Source of the DNA: Candidatus Aenigmatarchaeota archaeon
GTDB lineage: Archaea; Aenigmatarchaeota; Aenigmatarchaeia; Aenigmatarchaeales; Aenigmatarchaeaceae
Assembly: GCA_046760145.1 (NCBI GenBank)
Contig: JBHIDO010000001.1
Coordinates: 947 to 64,946 of the forward strand
Direction: 5' to 3'
Length of the DNA stretch: 64,000 bases
Shown: positions 40,159 through 50,156 of the stretch, piece by piece
Position numbering within the stretch: the stretch's first letter is position 1
How the letters are laid out: every line of letters starts with the position of its first letter
The notes under the pieces: generated by a model
Told to the model about the DNA's origin: nothing
The model's database searches: none
The model's input: only the letters and a program-made list of their open reading frames with translations
Translations under genes and position numbers: made by a program

Positions 40159-40794
40159 ATGTCGAAAAAAGTAGTGATGAATGAATGGGAAAAAATGTGG
40201 AAAGATTTTGATAGGCATACATTCTTAGGTGAATATTTTTTTAATAAAATCAAAGACAAGTTGAATGAAATTTTGATAGAAATAAAAATACCAAAAAAAT
40301 CTAAAGTTATTGATGTTGGTTGTGGTTCTGGTAGAACATTATTATGGTTAAGAAGCATGGGGTATAAAAATTCCATAGGTATTGACCATTCTAAATCAAG
40401 TATTCAATATTGTATAAATAAAAATAATCTCAAAAAAAATGATGTATTCTTAATGGATGCATTTAAGACAAAATTTAAAAATAATACATTTGACTTAGTT
40501 TTTTCTGAAGGTTTAATAGAACATTTTAAAAATTTTAATCCTGTTGTGAAAGAAATGTGTAGAATAAGTAAAAGATATGTAATCATAGTACAACCAAACC
40601 ATTTCTCTTTTTTAAAATTTTTATCAAACTTTTTTTATATTTTTTATAAATGGAGAGGTCCACCAGAATATACTTATAAAATAGAAGATTTTGAAAAATC
40701 CTTTTCAAAACATAATTTTTACCTTAAAAAAATTAAAAGCACATTATTTAATGGTTTTTGGATTTTATTATTTGAAAAATCAAAGGTGAAATAG
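40159..40794 (+). CDS. Class I SAM-dependent methyltransferase
   Basis: IDVGCGSG and FDLVFSEGLIEHF. Confidence 0.92.
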   Translation: MSKKVVMNEWEKMWKDFDRHTFLGEYFFNKIKDKLNEILIEIKIPKKSKVIDVGCGSGRTLLWLRSMGYKNSIGIDHSKSSIQYCINKNNLKKNDVFLMDAFKTKFKNNTFDLVFSEGLIEHFKNFNPVVKEMCRISKRYVIIVQPNHFSFLKFLSNFFYIFYKWRGPPEYTYKIEDFEKSFSKHNFYLKKIKSTLFNGFWILLFEKSKVK

Positions 40795-40795
40795 A

Positions 40796-42157
40796 ATGAG
40801 AATAATGTTAATAAATCCACAATATGTTGAAGGATATATTCATTCTGCGAGATGGGATGGTTTAACTATTTCTGGGAGTCATTGGTATCCTATTTTTTTA
40901 GCTTATTGTACTGGTTTGTTAGAAAAATATGGTCATAAATGTAAACTTATTGATGCTGAAGCTGATAATTTATTAGATAATCAAATATTTTCTATAGCAA
41001 AAAAATTTAACCCAGATTTTACTGTTATTTATATTTCTAAAAAAGGATTAAAGCAAAATGTAGATTTATCAGAAAGAATTAAGAAAGAAACGGACTCTAA
41101 AATTATATTTGTTGGTCCTTGGGCTTCTATGGAACCAAAAAATATCTTAAAAAATAAAGTTGTTAATTATTTAATTGATGGAGAATTTGAATATACTGTT
41201 AAAGATATAGTTGAAGGAAAAATAAAGAAAAGATATTTAAAAACAAAACGTTTAACAAAAAAACAATTAGAAGAATTACCTTGGGTAACTAAGGTTTATA
41301 AGAGACATCTAAATATTAAAAATTATAAAATTGGTTCTCTTTGGCATCCGTTTGTAGATACATTTACAGGTAGAAAATGTTATTGGAGTAAATGTACCTT
41401 TTGTTTATGGCCATTCACAAATTTGAAAGAAGGAGGATACATAGTAAGAGACATTGAAGATGTTCTTGATGAAATTGATTGGGTTAGTAAAAACTTGCCA
41501 ATAAAAGAGATATTTATTCAGGATGATACACTTCCTGGTTGGAGAGCAAAACAAATTGCTGAAGGAATTCTTAGAAGAGGAATAAAAATAAGATGGTCTG
41601 CTTATGCAAGAGGAGATTTGTCAATGACGCCTAAAATTTTAAAATTAATGAGAAAATCTGGATGTCATTGTTTGCATATTGGTTATGAGTCTAGTTCTAA
41701 TAAAATTTTAAGAAATGTAAATAAAGGAGTTACTAAAGAAGATTTAGAAAAATTTACAAAATGGGTCAATGATGCTGGTATAGACATTCATGGAGATTTT
41801 ATGGTAGGTCTTCCAGGTGAGACCAAAGAAACTATAAGAGATACAATTGAATGGGCCAAAAAATTGAATATAGTCACTTACCAATTTGCTCCACCTAAAG
41901 CATATCCATGTACACCTTATTATGAAGAACTAAAAAGAAATTCTCACCTTGATGAAAATGATAAATTAAAACTCCCTAATATGAGTTATTCTGAAATAGA
42001 AATGTGGTGTAAGAGGGCAATGAGAGAATGTTATTTTAATTTTGGTTTTCTACGGAGAGTTATTTTCAAACCACGTGAATTGAAAAGACTACTTAGATCT
42101 AGTATTTACGTAGTACCACATATTTTTTCTAAGTCTAAAAGTAGTGAGGTAAGTTAA
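40796..42157 (+). CDS. Radical SAM protein 4 (HpnJ-like)
   Basis: RW...WYPIFLAY N-terminus, CYWSKCTFCLWP (CX4CX2C), GYESS and HGDFMVGLPGET. Confidence 0.88.
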   Translation: MRIMLINPQYVEGYIHSARWDGLTISGSHWYPIFLAYCTGLLEKYGHKCKLIDAEADNLLDNQIFSIAKKFNPDFTVIYISKKGLKQNVDLSERIKKETDSKIIFVGPWASMEPKNILKNKVVNYLIDGEFEYTVKDIVEGKIKKRYLKTKRLTKKQLEELPWVTKVYKRHLNIKNYKIGSLWHPFVDTFTGRKCYWSKCTFCLWPFTNLKEGGYIVRDIEDVLDEIDWVSKNLPIKEIFIQDDTLPGWRAKQIAEGILRRGIKIRWSAYARGDLSMTPKILKLMRKSGCHCLHIGYESSSNKILRNVNKGVTKEDLEKFTKWVNDAGIDIHGDFMVGLPGETKETIRDTIEWAKKLNIVTYQFAPPKAYPCTPYYEELKRNSHLDENDKLKLPNMSYSEIEMWCKRAMRECYFNFGFLRRVIFKPRELKRLLRSSIYVVPHIFSKSKSSEVS

Positions 42158-42816
42158 TGAAATCAAAAAGGATATCAGCAAAAATTATAAGAGAATTGAA
42201 TATGCCAAAATCTTTAGCATATAAATCCCCAAATCCATTTATCAGAAGAATTTTTTGGCAAAGATTTGATGTTTTACTCAAATTATCTAATATAAAGAAA
42301 ACAGATAAAGTTGCAGATGTAGGATGTGGAAGTGGCTTATTTTTACCAACACTTTCAAAATTTTCTTCTGAAGTTTATGCATTTGATAAAGATATAAATA
42401 AAAGTACCTACGAGCTTCTTAAAATGTTTAAAATTAGAAATGTCAAACTAATAAAAAAGGATATCGGAAAATCATTTAAATTAAAAAATTATTTTGATGT
42501 TGTAATATGCGCTGATGTTTTAGAGCATATTGATAATGTAGAGGGTGTTATTGGAAATATATCAAATATAATGAAAAATAATGGTAAATTATTAGTTTCA
42601 AATCCTTCTGATAGTATAATATATAAATTTTTATCATATTTTACTGGATTCAAAAAATCCTCTTTAAAAGAAAAACATATAACAAATACCAAAGATATTG
42701 AGAAATTATTAAAGAAACATTTTCTTTTGAAAGAAAAAGTTTATGTACCAAATAAATTGCTATCTTTATTTAACATATTATTTTTTGAAAAGAATTCAAA
42801 AAAGGTGAATAAATGA
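42157..42816 (+). CDS. Class I SAM-dependent methyltransferase
   Basis: ADVGCGSG and FDVVICADVLEHI. Confidence 0.92.
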   Translation: MKSKRISAKIIRELNMPKSLAYKSPNPFIRRIFWQRFDVLLKLSNIKKTDKVADVGCGSGLFLPTLSKFSSEVYAFDKDINKSTYELLKMFKIRNVKLIKKDIGKSFKLKNYFDVVICADVLEHIDNVEGVIGNISNIMKNNGKLLVSNPSDSIIYKFLSYFTGFKKSSLKEKHITNTKDIEKLLKKHFLLKEKVYVPNKLLSLFNILFFEKNSKKVNK

Positions 42817-44090
42817 AAATAAATATTGAAAATTTCTTATTGGTATTATTTTTAATTGTTCTTGTATTTTCAAACATATATTTTGTAACCCCTAATTCAG
42901 ATACTTATCTTCATTACTTAGTTTCAAAAATGATAATGAAAAATCCATCAATTCTATGGGAGCCACATGAAACTGAATTTTTGGGTGGTGGTCAATTATT
43001 AGATATTAATATTTATACTTCTGTAACCCCATTACCTAACATTCTTTATGCATTTTTATTTTTAATTGGCATAGGACCAAAAATTATAGATATAATTTCA
43101 ATAATAGGAATAGCTTATTTTCTTTTTAAGTTAGATAAAAGAGCAATACCATTTTTGTTTTTATCTTTTTTATTTATAAGAATTTCAATATTTGGTGGTC
43201 ATGATTTACTTCTTTTATTCTTAATGTTAGGTATAATTTATTTTTTTGAAAGAAAACCTAAGATTGCTGCAATTTTTGCTGGTTTCTGTCCTCTTGTTAA
43301 GACAACGGGATTTATTATTCTTGGAGCATACATTCTATCACTCTTTATATTTAAAAGAAAAGAAATTTTCACAAAAAATTTTTATAAAAACAAATTCTTT
43401 ATTGCATTTTTAATATCTATTTTAATAATTTTTCCTTGGTACTTAAGGAATTTTATATTCTTTGATGGAGATATATTAGCTACTCTAACAGGTCAAAGTT
43501 ATAGCAGAATAGTTGAAGGAGAAGAATGGTTAAAAACAGGTATACAAGCTACTCAACCAGAAAGATATTGGTGGGATGCTAGCGGTTATTATCCATTGCC
43601 TATAGATATTCTTTTTTATATCGGACTTTTATTTACCGCTATAAATTTTTATAGAGAAAGAAAATTTGACAAAGAATTATTGTTCATAATAATATTTGCA
43701 GTATTTTACTTTTCTGTTCAAGCTTTAAACATTCAAACTTTGATGTCAATCCGTTATATTTTGCCTATATTTCCTCTTTTAGCTTTACAGATAACAAAGG
43801 GAGTATCTGAAAAATATTTGAAATACTTCTATGTATTTTGTTTAATTATGTTAGTATTTTTCATGTACAACATACCAAAATATTCATTTAATATCTTAGA
43901 TGCACAGTTAACTCCTGTTTGTAATCAAGCAAAAGCAATTGTAGATTATGAACCGGTTTATGTAAAATTTTTACATAATTGGTTTTTAATATACAAATGC
44001 GACTTTAATGCTGTTTCAGAAGAACAAAGCATATGGACAGTTGATTTAGAAAAAGGAGAAGTCTATAAAACAAACAGATCTTTGAGTTGA
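42813..44090 (+). CDS. Polytopic membrane protein, GT-C-like
   Basis: Many TM segments with DTYLH, VKTTG, PWYLRN and RYILP, resembling ArnT/PMT-type patterns. Confidence 0.65.
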   Translation: MKINIENFLLVLFLIVLVFSNIYFVTPNSDTYLHYLVSKMIMKNPSILWEPHETEFLGGGQLLDINIYTSVTPLPNILYAFLFLIGIGPKIIDIISIIGIAYFLFKLDKRAIPFLFLSFLFIRISIFGGHDLLLLFLMLGIIYFFERKPKIAAIFAGFCPLVKTTGFIILGAYILSLFIFKRKEIFTKNFYKNKFFIAFLISILIIFPWYLRNFIFFDGDILATLTGQSYSRIVEGEEWLKTGIQATQPERYWWDASGYYPLPIDILFYIGLLFTAINFYRERKFDKELLFIIIFAVFYFSVQALNIQTLMSIRYILPIFPLLALQITKGVSEKYLKYFYVFCLIMLVFFMYNIPKYSFNILDAQLTPVCNQAKAIVDYEPVYVKFLHNWFLIYKCDFNAVSEEQSIWTVDLEKGEVYKTNRSLS

Positions 44091-44094
44091 TATT

Positions 44095-45108
44095 ATGAAA
44101 ATTGGGTACAACATTCACAATATTTTTAAATTTAACATAGAAAGTAAAAAACAAAGTTACTTGAATAATGTTTATTCATATTTCAAAACAAATATAATTA
44201 AAAATCCAGATATGAATATAATTTTAAATCATAAATTTATTATACCAAAAGATGAATTCAAAAATATAAATAAAAGGTTTTTTATTTCGAAAAATAAGAT
44301 ATATTTTGAAGATTCTCATAAGTTTTCACAATGGAGAGCTTTGATTGAAAATCTAGAATCAAATAAGTTAAATCTCGTATTAGGCGGCAATATATTATTT
44401 TCTGAACGTTTTTTATATCGATTTATAGTTGAACCAATAATTCAATATAAATTAGTTCAGAAAGGATATAGTTTTGTACATTCTTCTTCTGTTGGAGGAA
44501 AAAAAGCACATGTTTTTGTTTCATTACCTGGTGTTGGAAAAACAAGCATTGCAATGAACTTAGTTAGAGAAGGTTATGAATTTTTTGGTGACGATTTTAT
44601 AATTCTTTATAAAAACAAAGTTTATAGTTATCCTACTTCTGTTAGACTTTTAGATTACAATATGAAAACTTGCCCATTTTTATGGAAAAAAATAAAAAAT
44701 AAAGAAAAATTATTTCTAACATTGAAAAGTTTATTGCGAATATTTTCTTTAAATAAGATTAAATTACCACAAGATATAGATGTAAAACAAATAACAAATA
44801 AAGTTGGAAAATCAAAGGAAATTGGTTCTGTAAATATTCTTAGATCTTCAAAAAATAGTAAAGTTAAAATTAAGAAAATAACTAAAAGGGAAGCAATAAG
44901 AAAAATAATTTTAATTAACAAACCTGAATTTGAAAGATTTTCACAATGTTTAGAAATTTACTCTAGGATGAAAAAAGGTTTACCAAATTATTGGAGATTA
45001 CAAAAGAAAAACTTATCTAAGTTGAACGCGAAATATTATGAAATATATATTCCTAAAAAATATGGTAAAATAACACTTCAAAGAATAATGAATAACATAG
45101 GAGAATAA
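44095..45108 (+). CDS. HPr-kinase-like P-loop protein
   Basis: VHSSSV...SLPGVGKTS...FFGDD signature. Confidence 0.7.
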   Translation: MKIGYNIHNIFKFNIESKKQSYLNNVYSYFKTNIIKNPDMNIILNHKFIIPKDEFKNINKRFFISKNKIYFEDSHKFSQWRALIENLESNKLNLVLGGNILFSERFLYRFIVEPIIQYKLVQKGYSFVHSSSVGGKKAHVFVSLPGVGKTSIAMNLVREGYEFFGDDFIILYKNKVYSYPTSVRLLDYNMKTCPFLWKKIKNKEKLFLTLKSLLRIFSLNKIKLPQDIDVKQITNKVGKSKEIGSVNILRSSKNSKVKIKKITKREAIRKIILINKPEFERFSQCLEIYSRMKKGLPNYWRLQKKNLSKLNAKYYEIYIPKKYGKITLQRIMNNIGE

Positions 45109-45109
45109 A

Positions 45110-46588
45110 ATGGAAATTGAGCTTAAAAAAGAATATATTGGATTAATATTGATCTTGATAATTGGTATTTTATTCATTTACTTAGCTCCCCAAACAAATT
45201 TACTTGGAGAAGATGAAGAAGTATACTTTTCATTAGGAAAAGAGTTTTCTCAAGGAAAATTTCCACTCTTTAAACATACGGGCGGTCCTGCTAATGTAGT
45301 ACCACTCCTTCCATTAATTTTTGTACCATTTTTCCTTTTATTTGGTACGTCTTTGGGCGTTGCTAAAATGGTAGTGGCTATATTTGGAATTTTAACTATT
45401 ATTATGGTTTACTTTATAGGAAGACAATATGGTTTAGTTGCGGCTATATCCTCTATTGCAATTCTTTTATCAATACCAATTTTTGTCCAATTATCAATGT
45501 TATCTTATACGGATATACCAATAGCATTCTTCTCTATTTTAGCAATGTTTATTTTCATGAAATTAGATTCTTCTAAAAAAGCAATTTTAGGAGGTGTTAT
45601 ATTAGCTTTAGCATTTTATACAAAACAAACTGGTTCTTTTTTGGCATTAGTTTTTCTTTTATATGGTGCTTATAAATATGTTTTCAAAAAGGATAAGAAA
45701 TATATTAAATTTATTTTTACATCATTAATAATATTTGGAGTTTTAATTGCACCATGGATAATTAAGAATATTATATTTTATAATTATCCATATTTTGAAG
45801 GTTTAAATCTATTTTTTCCTGGAACTGCTTTAGGCACTCAAATACCACAGTGGATGGTTGAAGCAGTCAGTACTTTATCACCAAGAATAAACTTCATTAG
45901 TGCGTTTGGTCATATAGCATTAATTATAACTCTATTTGGTATAATATTCATAGCTTTAAAAAAAGAAGAAAAATTCTTCTTACCTATTTTAATGTTTGTA
46001 ATGTTTTTTGCAATATTTTATTTTGGATCTTTTACAGGAAGAATAATATCAGAGGCCAGATATTTTACTGTTATATTACCACAATTAGCTATAATTGGAG
46101 GATTATTTTTGCAAAAATTATCTGAAAATAAAAAAACATATTTATTAATTGTAATTATCATTATAGGAGTATCTATTTTTTCTGGTTTATCTCTCGCTTT
46201 TGCTATAAGTAATTCAGTAAGATACCCCTCAGATTATGTTGAAGCATTAAAATGGATTAAAGAAAATACACCACAAGATTCTAAAATATTTACAGCATAT
46301 TCTGGAAGTGTTAAAATATATGCTGATAGGAATAGTGTATGGGGGATAGAAGAGTTTCCAGATGTAATGACAACACAAGATTCAAATTACATATATAGAA
46401 TATTGAAAAATAACAATGTAAGCTATATTCTTATTTGGTCTGGAATTTTATCAGATAGATACATAATACCAGAATCTAATCTTTTTGGGGCATTTACATA
46501 TAATTTCCTTAATGTAGTTAATAAAGATCAAGAACATTTTAAAGTAGTTTTTCAAAATCAAAATAATATAATTTTTGAATTAATGTAA
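45110..46588 (+). CDS. GT-C glycosyltransferase (ArnT/PMT-like)
   Basis: EDEEVY, YTDIP, YTKQTG, PWIIKN, ARYF and ALKWIKENTP. Confidence 0.85.
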   Translation: MEIELKKEYIGLILILIIGILFIYLAPQTNLLGEDEEVYFSLGKEFSQGKFPLFKHTGGPANVVPLLPLIFVPFFLLFGTSLGVAKMVVAIFGILTIIMVYFIGRQYGLVAAISSIAILLSIPIFVQLSMLSYTDIPIAFFSILAMFIFMKLDSSKKAILGGVILALAFYTKQTGSFLALVFLLYGAYKYVFKKDKKYIKFIFTSLIIFGVLIAPWIIKNIIFYNYPYFEGLNLFFPGTALGTQIPQWMVEAVSTLSPRINFISAFGHIALIITLFGIIFIALKKEEKFFLPILMFVMFFAIFYFGSFTGRIISEARYFTVILPQLAIIGGLFLQKLSENKKTYLLIVIIIIGVSIFSGLSLAFAISNSVRYPSDYVEALKWIKENTPQDSKIFTAYSGSVKIYADRNSVWGIEEFPDVMTTQDSNYIYRILKNNNVSYILIWSGILSDRYIIPESNLFGAFTYNFLNVVNKDQEHFKVVFQNQNNIIFELM

Positions 46589-46631
46589 TATTTAAATAAT
46601 TTGTAATATTAGGTATCTATGGTGTTTAAAA

Positions 46632-48077
46632 ATGAAAATAACAATTTTAATGCCACCTGCATTAAAAGGTAAAGCACCGGAAAGGATATTTGGATGTAAT
46701 TATGGTTTATTTTATCAACCAAATATTTTCATACTTTACTCAGCTGCAGTGCTAGAAAAAAATAATCATAAAGTTAAAGTGCTTGATTGTCCTGTAGAAA
46801 AGATTTCATGGAGAAAACTAGAAAATATCTTAAAAGAAGACAATTCTAACCTTTATGTTTTTTATACAGTTTTTTTATCAGAAGAAATAGATAAGTATGC
46901 TCATAAATTAATCAGAAAACTTAGAGGGAATATTCCAATAGTTTTCATAGGACCAGAACCAACTTCAAGACCAAAAGATTTTCTACTAGATAAAAATATC
47001 TTTGTTATAAGGGGAGAAGCAGATTATGCTTTGTTAGAATTGGTAAATGAATTAGAAAAAAATAAGAATTTTAAGAAAATAAAGGGTCTATCATGGAAAC
47101 ATGATAAAAAAATAATTCATAATCCTCAAAGACCAATTTTAACTAATAAAGAATTAGACAAATTACCATTCCCAGCAAGACATTTAATAAAAAAAGAATT
47201 GTATTATAATCCAAAATTAAGAGGAAGACCATCAACTGTTATGTTAACAAGCAGAGGTTGTTGGGGACGTTGTATTTATTGCATTCCTTGTTCATATATG
47301 TTTGCTAGAGAAATAGAAAACAAAAGATTTTCTGGATTAAAACCTAAAGTAGGGTTACGTTCGCCAGAAAATATTATTAAAGAGTTTAAGTTATTAAAAA
47401 GACAAGGATATAAATCTGTTGCAATTATAGATGATAATTTTGTTAACGGTGAAGAAAGAACAATCAAAATTTGTAAAGGTATAAAAAATTTAGGAATTGA
47501 ATGGGGTTGTTTAGCAAGACCTGATACATTGCAGAATGAAGATATGATTAAAGCTATGGCAGAAGCTGGTTGTGTTTACATTGACATAGGCGCTGAATCA
47601 TTTGATCAAAAAGTTTTGGACTTTGTTCATAAAGATTTAAAAGTTGGAGATATTTTTAATGCAATATTTTTATTAAAAAAACATGGAATAGAACCTAAAG
47701 TTAACATTTTATTTGGAACAAGTCCTTATGAAACAGAAGAATCAATTAAATGGACAGTAAAAATGTTAAAAGAATTAGATATAGAATGGGTAAGTTTTGA
47801 TGTTACAATTCCACACCCAAATACAGAGTTTTATAAATTTGTTAAAAGAAAAAAATGGTTTGGTACTAAATCTGGAGATTATGAGCCTGTTGATCCTTTA
47901 AGGTCTGCAACAGTTAATTTTCCTAATTTGAGTCATAAAAAATTAGAAGAATTAGTAAAATGGGCTTATCGCGAATATTATCTAAGACCGAAATATGTTT
48001 GGAAAAGATTATTAAAAATTAAAAATGTTCAAGAATTAAAAGAATTGATAAGAACTGCTTGGAGGCTGTTCTTTTGA
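46632..48077 (+). CDS. Cobalamin-dependent radical SAM protein 5
   Basis: RGEAD, LPFPARHL, SRGCWGRCIYC and GAES. Confidence 0.92.
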   Translation: MKITILMPPALKGKAPERIFGCNYGLFYQPNIFILYSAAVLEKNNHKVKVLDCPVEKISWRKLENILKEDNSNLYVFYTVFLSEEIDKYAHKLIRKLRGNIPIVFIGPEPTSRPKDFLLDKNIFVIRGEADYALLELVNELEKNKNFKKIKGLSWKHDKKIIHNPQRPILTNKELDKLPFPARHLIKKELYYNPKLRGRPSTVMLTSRGCWGRCIYCIPCSYMFAREIENKRFSGLKPKVGLRSPENIIKEFKLLKRQGYKSVAIIDDNFVNGEERTIKICKGIKNLGIEWGCLARPDTLQNEDMIKAMAEAGCVYIDIGAESFDQKVLDFVHKDLKVGDIFNAIFLLKKHGIEPKVNILFGTSPYETEESIKWTVKMLKELDIEWVSFDVTIPHPNTEFYKFVKRKKWFGTKSGDYEPVDPLRSATVNFPNLSHKKLEELVKWAYREYYLRPKYVWKRLLKIKNVQELKELIRTAWRLFF

Positions 48078-49030
48078 AATATCCATCTATAACTGTTCTT
48101 ATAACAATAAAAAACGCTAAGGATACAATCAAACAATGCATTGATTCCTTATTAAAATTAGATTATCCTAACTATAGAATCTTTGTTGTAGATGCATTTT
48201 CTAATGATGGAACATATGAGATATTAAAAAGTTATGGAAATAAAATAGAGTTACACCAATTAAAGGGTTGGGCACCCAGAGCATATAATTGGGCAATTGA
48301 TAGAATAAAAACAGAATACATTGCTTTAATAGACGGGGATTGTACTGTACCAAGAAATTGGTTAAAAGAATTAATAAAGGGTTTTAAGTCAGATGATATT
48401 TTAGAAGTTCTTGGTTTTTGTGCAACACCTAAGAATGTTTCTAAGTTACAAAAAATAATTGGTGCAGATTTAGAGGACAGATTTAAACATCTACCAAAAT
48501 ATCCTTCTAGAGCTCCTACTATGAATGTTATTTTTAAAACAGAAACAGCAAAAAAGTTAAAGTTTGATGAATCTTTAAGGGTTGGTTATGATACTGATTT
48601 TTCTTTCCGTTTAACAAAACTTGGTAAAATTTATTATAATCCTAAAGCTGTTATTTATCATTATCATAGAGCAACTTGGAAAAATTATTTCAAACAACAG
48701 TATATAACTGCAACAATGATGCCCAAGTTATATAGTAAACATAAATCAAAGTCCAAAGGAGACCCCATAACTAAATCAACTATGATAATTCAACCATTCC
48801 TATCATACTTAGGAATTTTAGGTTTGATTTTATATTTTTTAACTTCACAATTTCTTGCTTTCGCTATTTCTATGTTTTTGATTTTATTATTTCTTTTCAT
48901 TGTTGATACTATACGTTTGAGCAAAAATCTTAGTGATGTTTTCTGGCTTTTTGCTATTTTTATTGTAAGAAATGTAGCATGGTCTATTGGACTTATCAAG
49001 GGTATAATTAGTTATTTGATAGGAAGATAG
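48074..49030 (+). CDS. Family 2 glycosyltransferase with C-terminal TM helices
   Basis: VVDAFSNDGT, IDGD and GYDTDF. TTG start overlaps the upstream TGA. Confidence 0.9.
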   Translation: MKYPSITVLITIKNAKDTIKQCIDSLLKLDYPNYRIFVVDAFSNDGTYEILKSYGNKIELHQLKGWAPRAYNWAIDRIKTEYIALIDGDCTVPRNWLKELIKGFKSDDILEVLGFCATPKNVSKLQKIIGADLEDRFKHLPKYPSRAPTMNVIFKTETAKKLKFDESLRVGYDTDFSFRLTKLGKIYYNPKAVIYHYHRATWKNYFKQQYITATMMPKLYSKHKSKSKGDPITKSTMIIQPFLSYLGILGLILYFLTSQFLAFAISMFLILLFLFIVDTIRLSKNLSDVFWLFAIFIVRNVAWSIGLIKGIISYLIGR

Positions 49031-49031
49031 C

Positions 49032-49448
49032 ATGTGGTGGAAAAAACATTTTATTTTATCTTTTCTATTGGGTTCTCTTTATTTTCTTTTTTCTGAAGAT
49101 TTTATAGGCGGGATTATAGTTTTTTTGTCAGGCTCTTTGATAGATATAGACCATTATATTCTGTATAAGATTGTTAGTAAAGAAAGTTTTTCCAACATAT
49201 ATAAAAGATTTTACAAAATTGAAAAAGGAAAAATACCTGATAAAGATGTACATAAATATGTTTTACCGTTTCATAATTTTGAATTTGCAATTATTATAAT
49301 AATTTTAATTTTCTTTCATCCAATTTTTTTACCAATAGCAATAGGTTCTGTTTCACATTTCTTATCTGATATTATTACTGTAAGAAATTTTAAAATAAAA
49401 AACTATTATTCTCTAATATATTATTTTTCTAAAAAATTATCCAAATAA
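49032..49448 (+). CDS. Membrane-bound metal-dependent hydrolase (YdjM-like)
   Basis: H...DIDH...FH...HFLSD pattern in a hydrophobic 138-aa protein. Confidence 0.75.
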   Translation: MWWKKHFILSFLLGSLYFLFSEDFIGGIIVFLSGSLIDIDHYILYKIVSKESFSNIYKRFYKIEKGKIPDKDVHKYVLPFHNFEFAIIIIILIFFHPIFLPIAIGSVSHFLSDIITVRNFKIKNYYSLIYYFSKKLSK

Positions 49449-50111
49449 CCATCTTACAAAAAGATGCCAGGCATTCTTAAAACCATCTAAAACTCCAACA
49501 CCCCTAACCTTTCTAGGACTAATAATTGAAATTTCATTTATTTTTAATTTTTTTCTAGAAGCTTCTAGTATCATTTCAGCTTCTATAGCATATCTATCAG
49601 CTTTTAGATTTAATTTTTTCAATTTATCTGCTTTTATTGCTCTATAACCACATTCTGTATCTGATAACCATTTATTAAAATTAAATCCAAAGCATAGCAA
49701 ATTTACTCCAAATCTTAAGCCAATATTTCCAAATAAATTAATTCTACTTGTAGCTATTTTTCCTTTAAACCTAGACCCTATTACCATATCACTTTTCTTT
49801 AAAGCCTTCAAAAATTTTGGGATGTCTTCTGGTCTGTGTTGTCCATCTGCATCCAGAAATATTATGATATCTGGTTTGTATTTCATAGCTATTTTTGAGC
49901 CAAGTCTTTTGGCATAACCATTACCTCTATTATTTTTATAAGAAATAACTTTGGCCCTAGCCTTTTTTGCTATTTCTTCAGTATTATCAGTAGAGCCATC
50001 ATTTACAACTATTACTAAATTTGAATATTTTTTAGCTCTTCTTATAACACTAGAAAACACTTTACTTCTTTTACCTTCATTATAAGCAGGGATTATAGTT
50101 ATAACTTTCAT
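49437..50111 (-). CDS. Family 2 glycosyltransferase (polyprenol-phosphate sugar synthase-like)
   Basis: IPAYNE, NDGSTD, DADGQH, GSRF and DTECGYRA. Confidence 0.92.
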   Translation of the reverse strand: MKVITIIPAYNEGKRSKVFSSVIRRAKKYSNLVIVVNDGSTDNTEEIAKKARAKVISYKNNRGNGYAKRLGSKIAMKYKPDIIIFLDADGQHRPEDIPKFLKALKKSDMVIGSRFKGKIATSRINLFGNIGLRFGVNLLCFGFNFNKWLSDTECGYRAIKADKLKKLNLKADRYAIEAEMILEASRKKLKINEISIISPRKVRGVGVLDGFKNAWHLFVRWLFG

Positions 50112-50156
50112 AAAACCACTTAAGGTATATATTATTAACCCTTATAAAATAATAAT

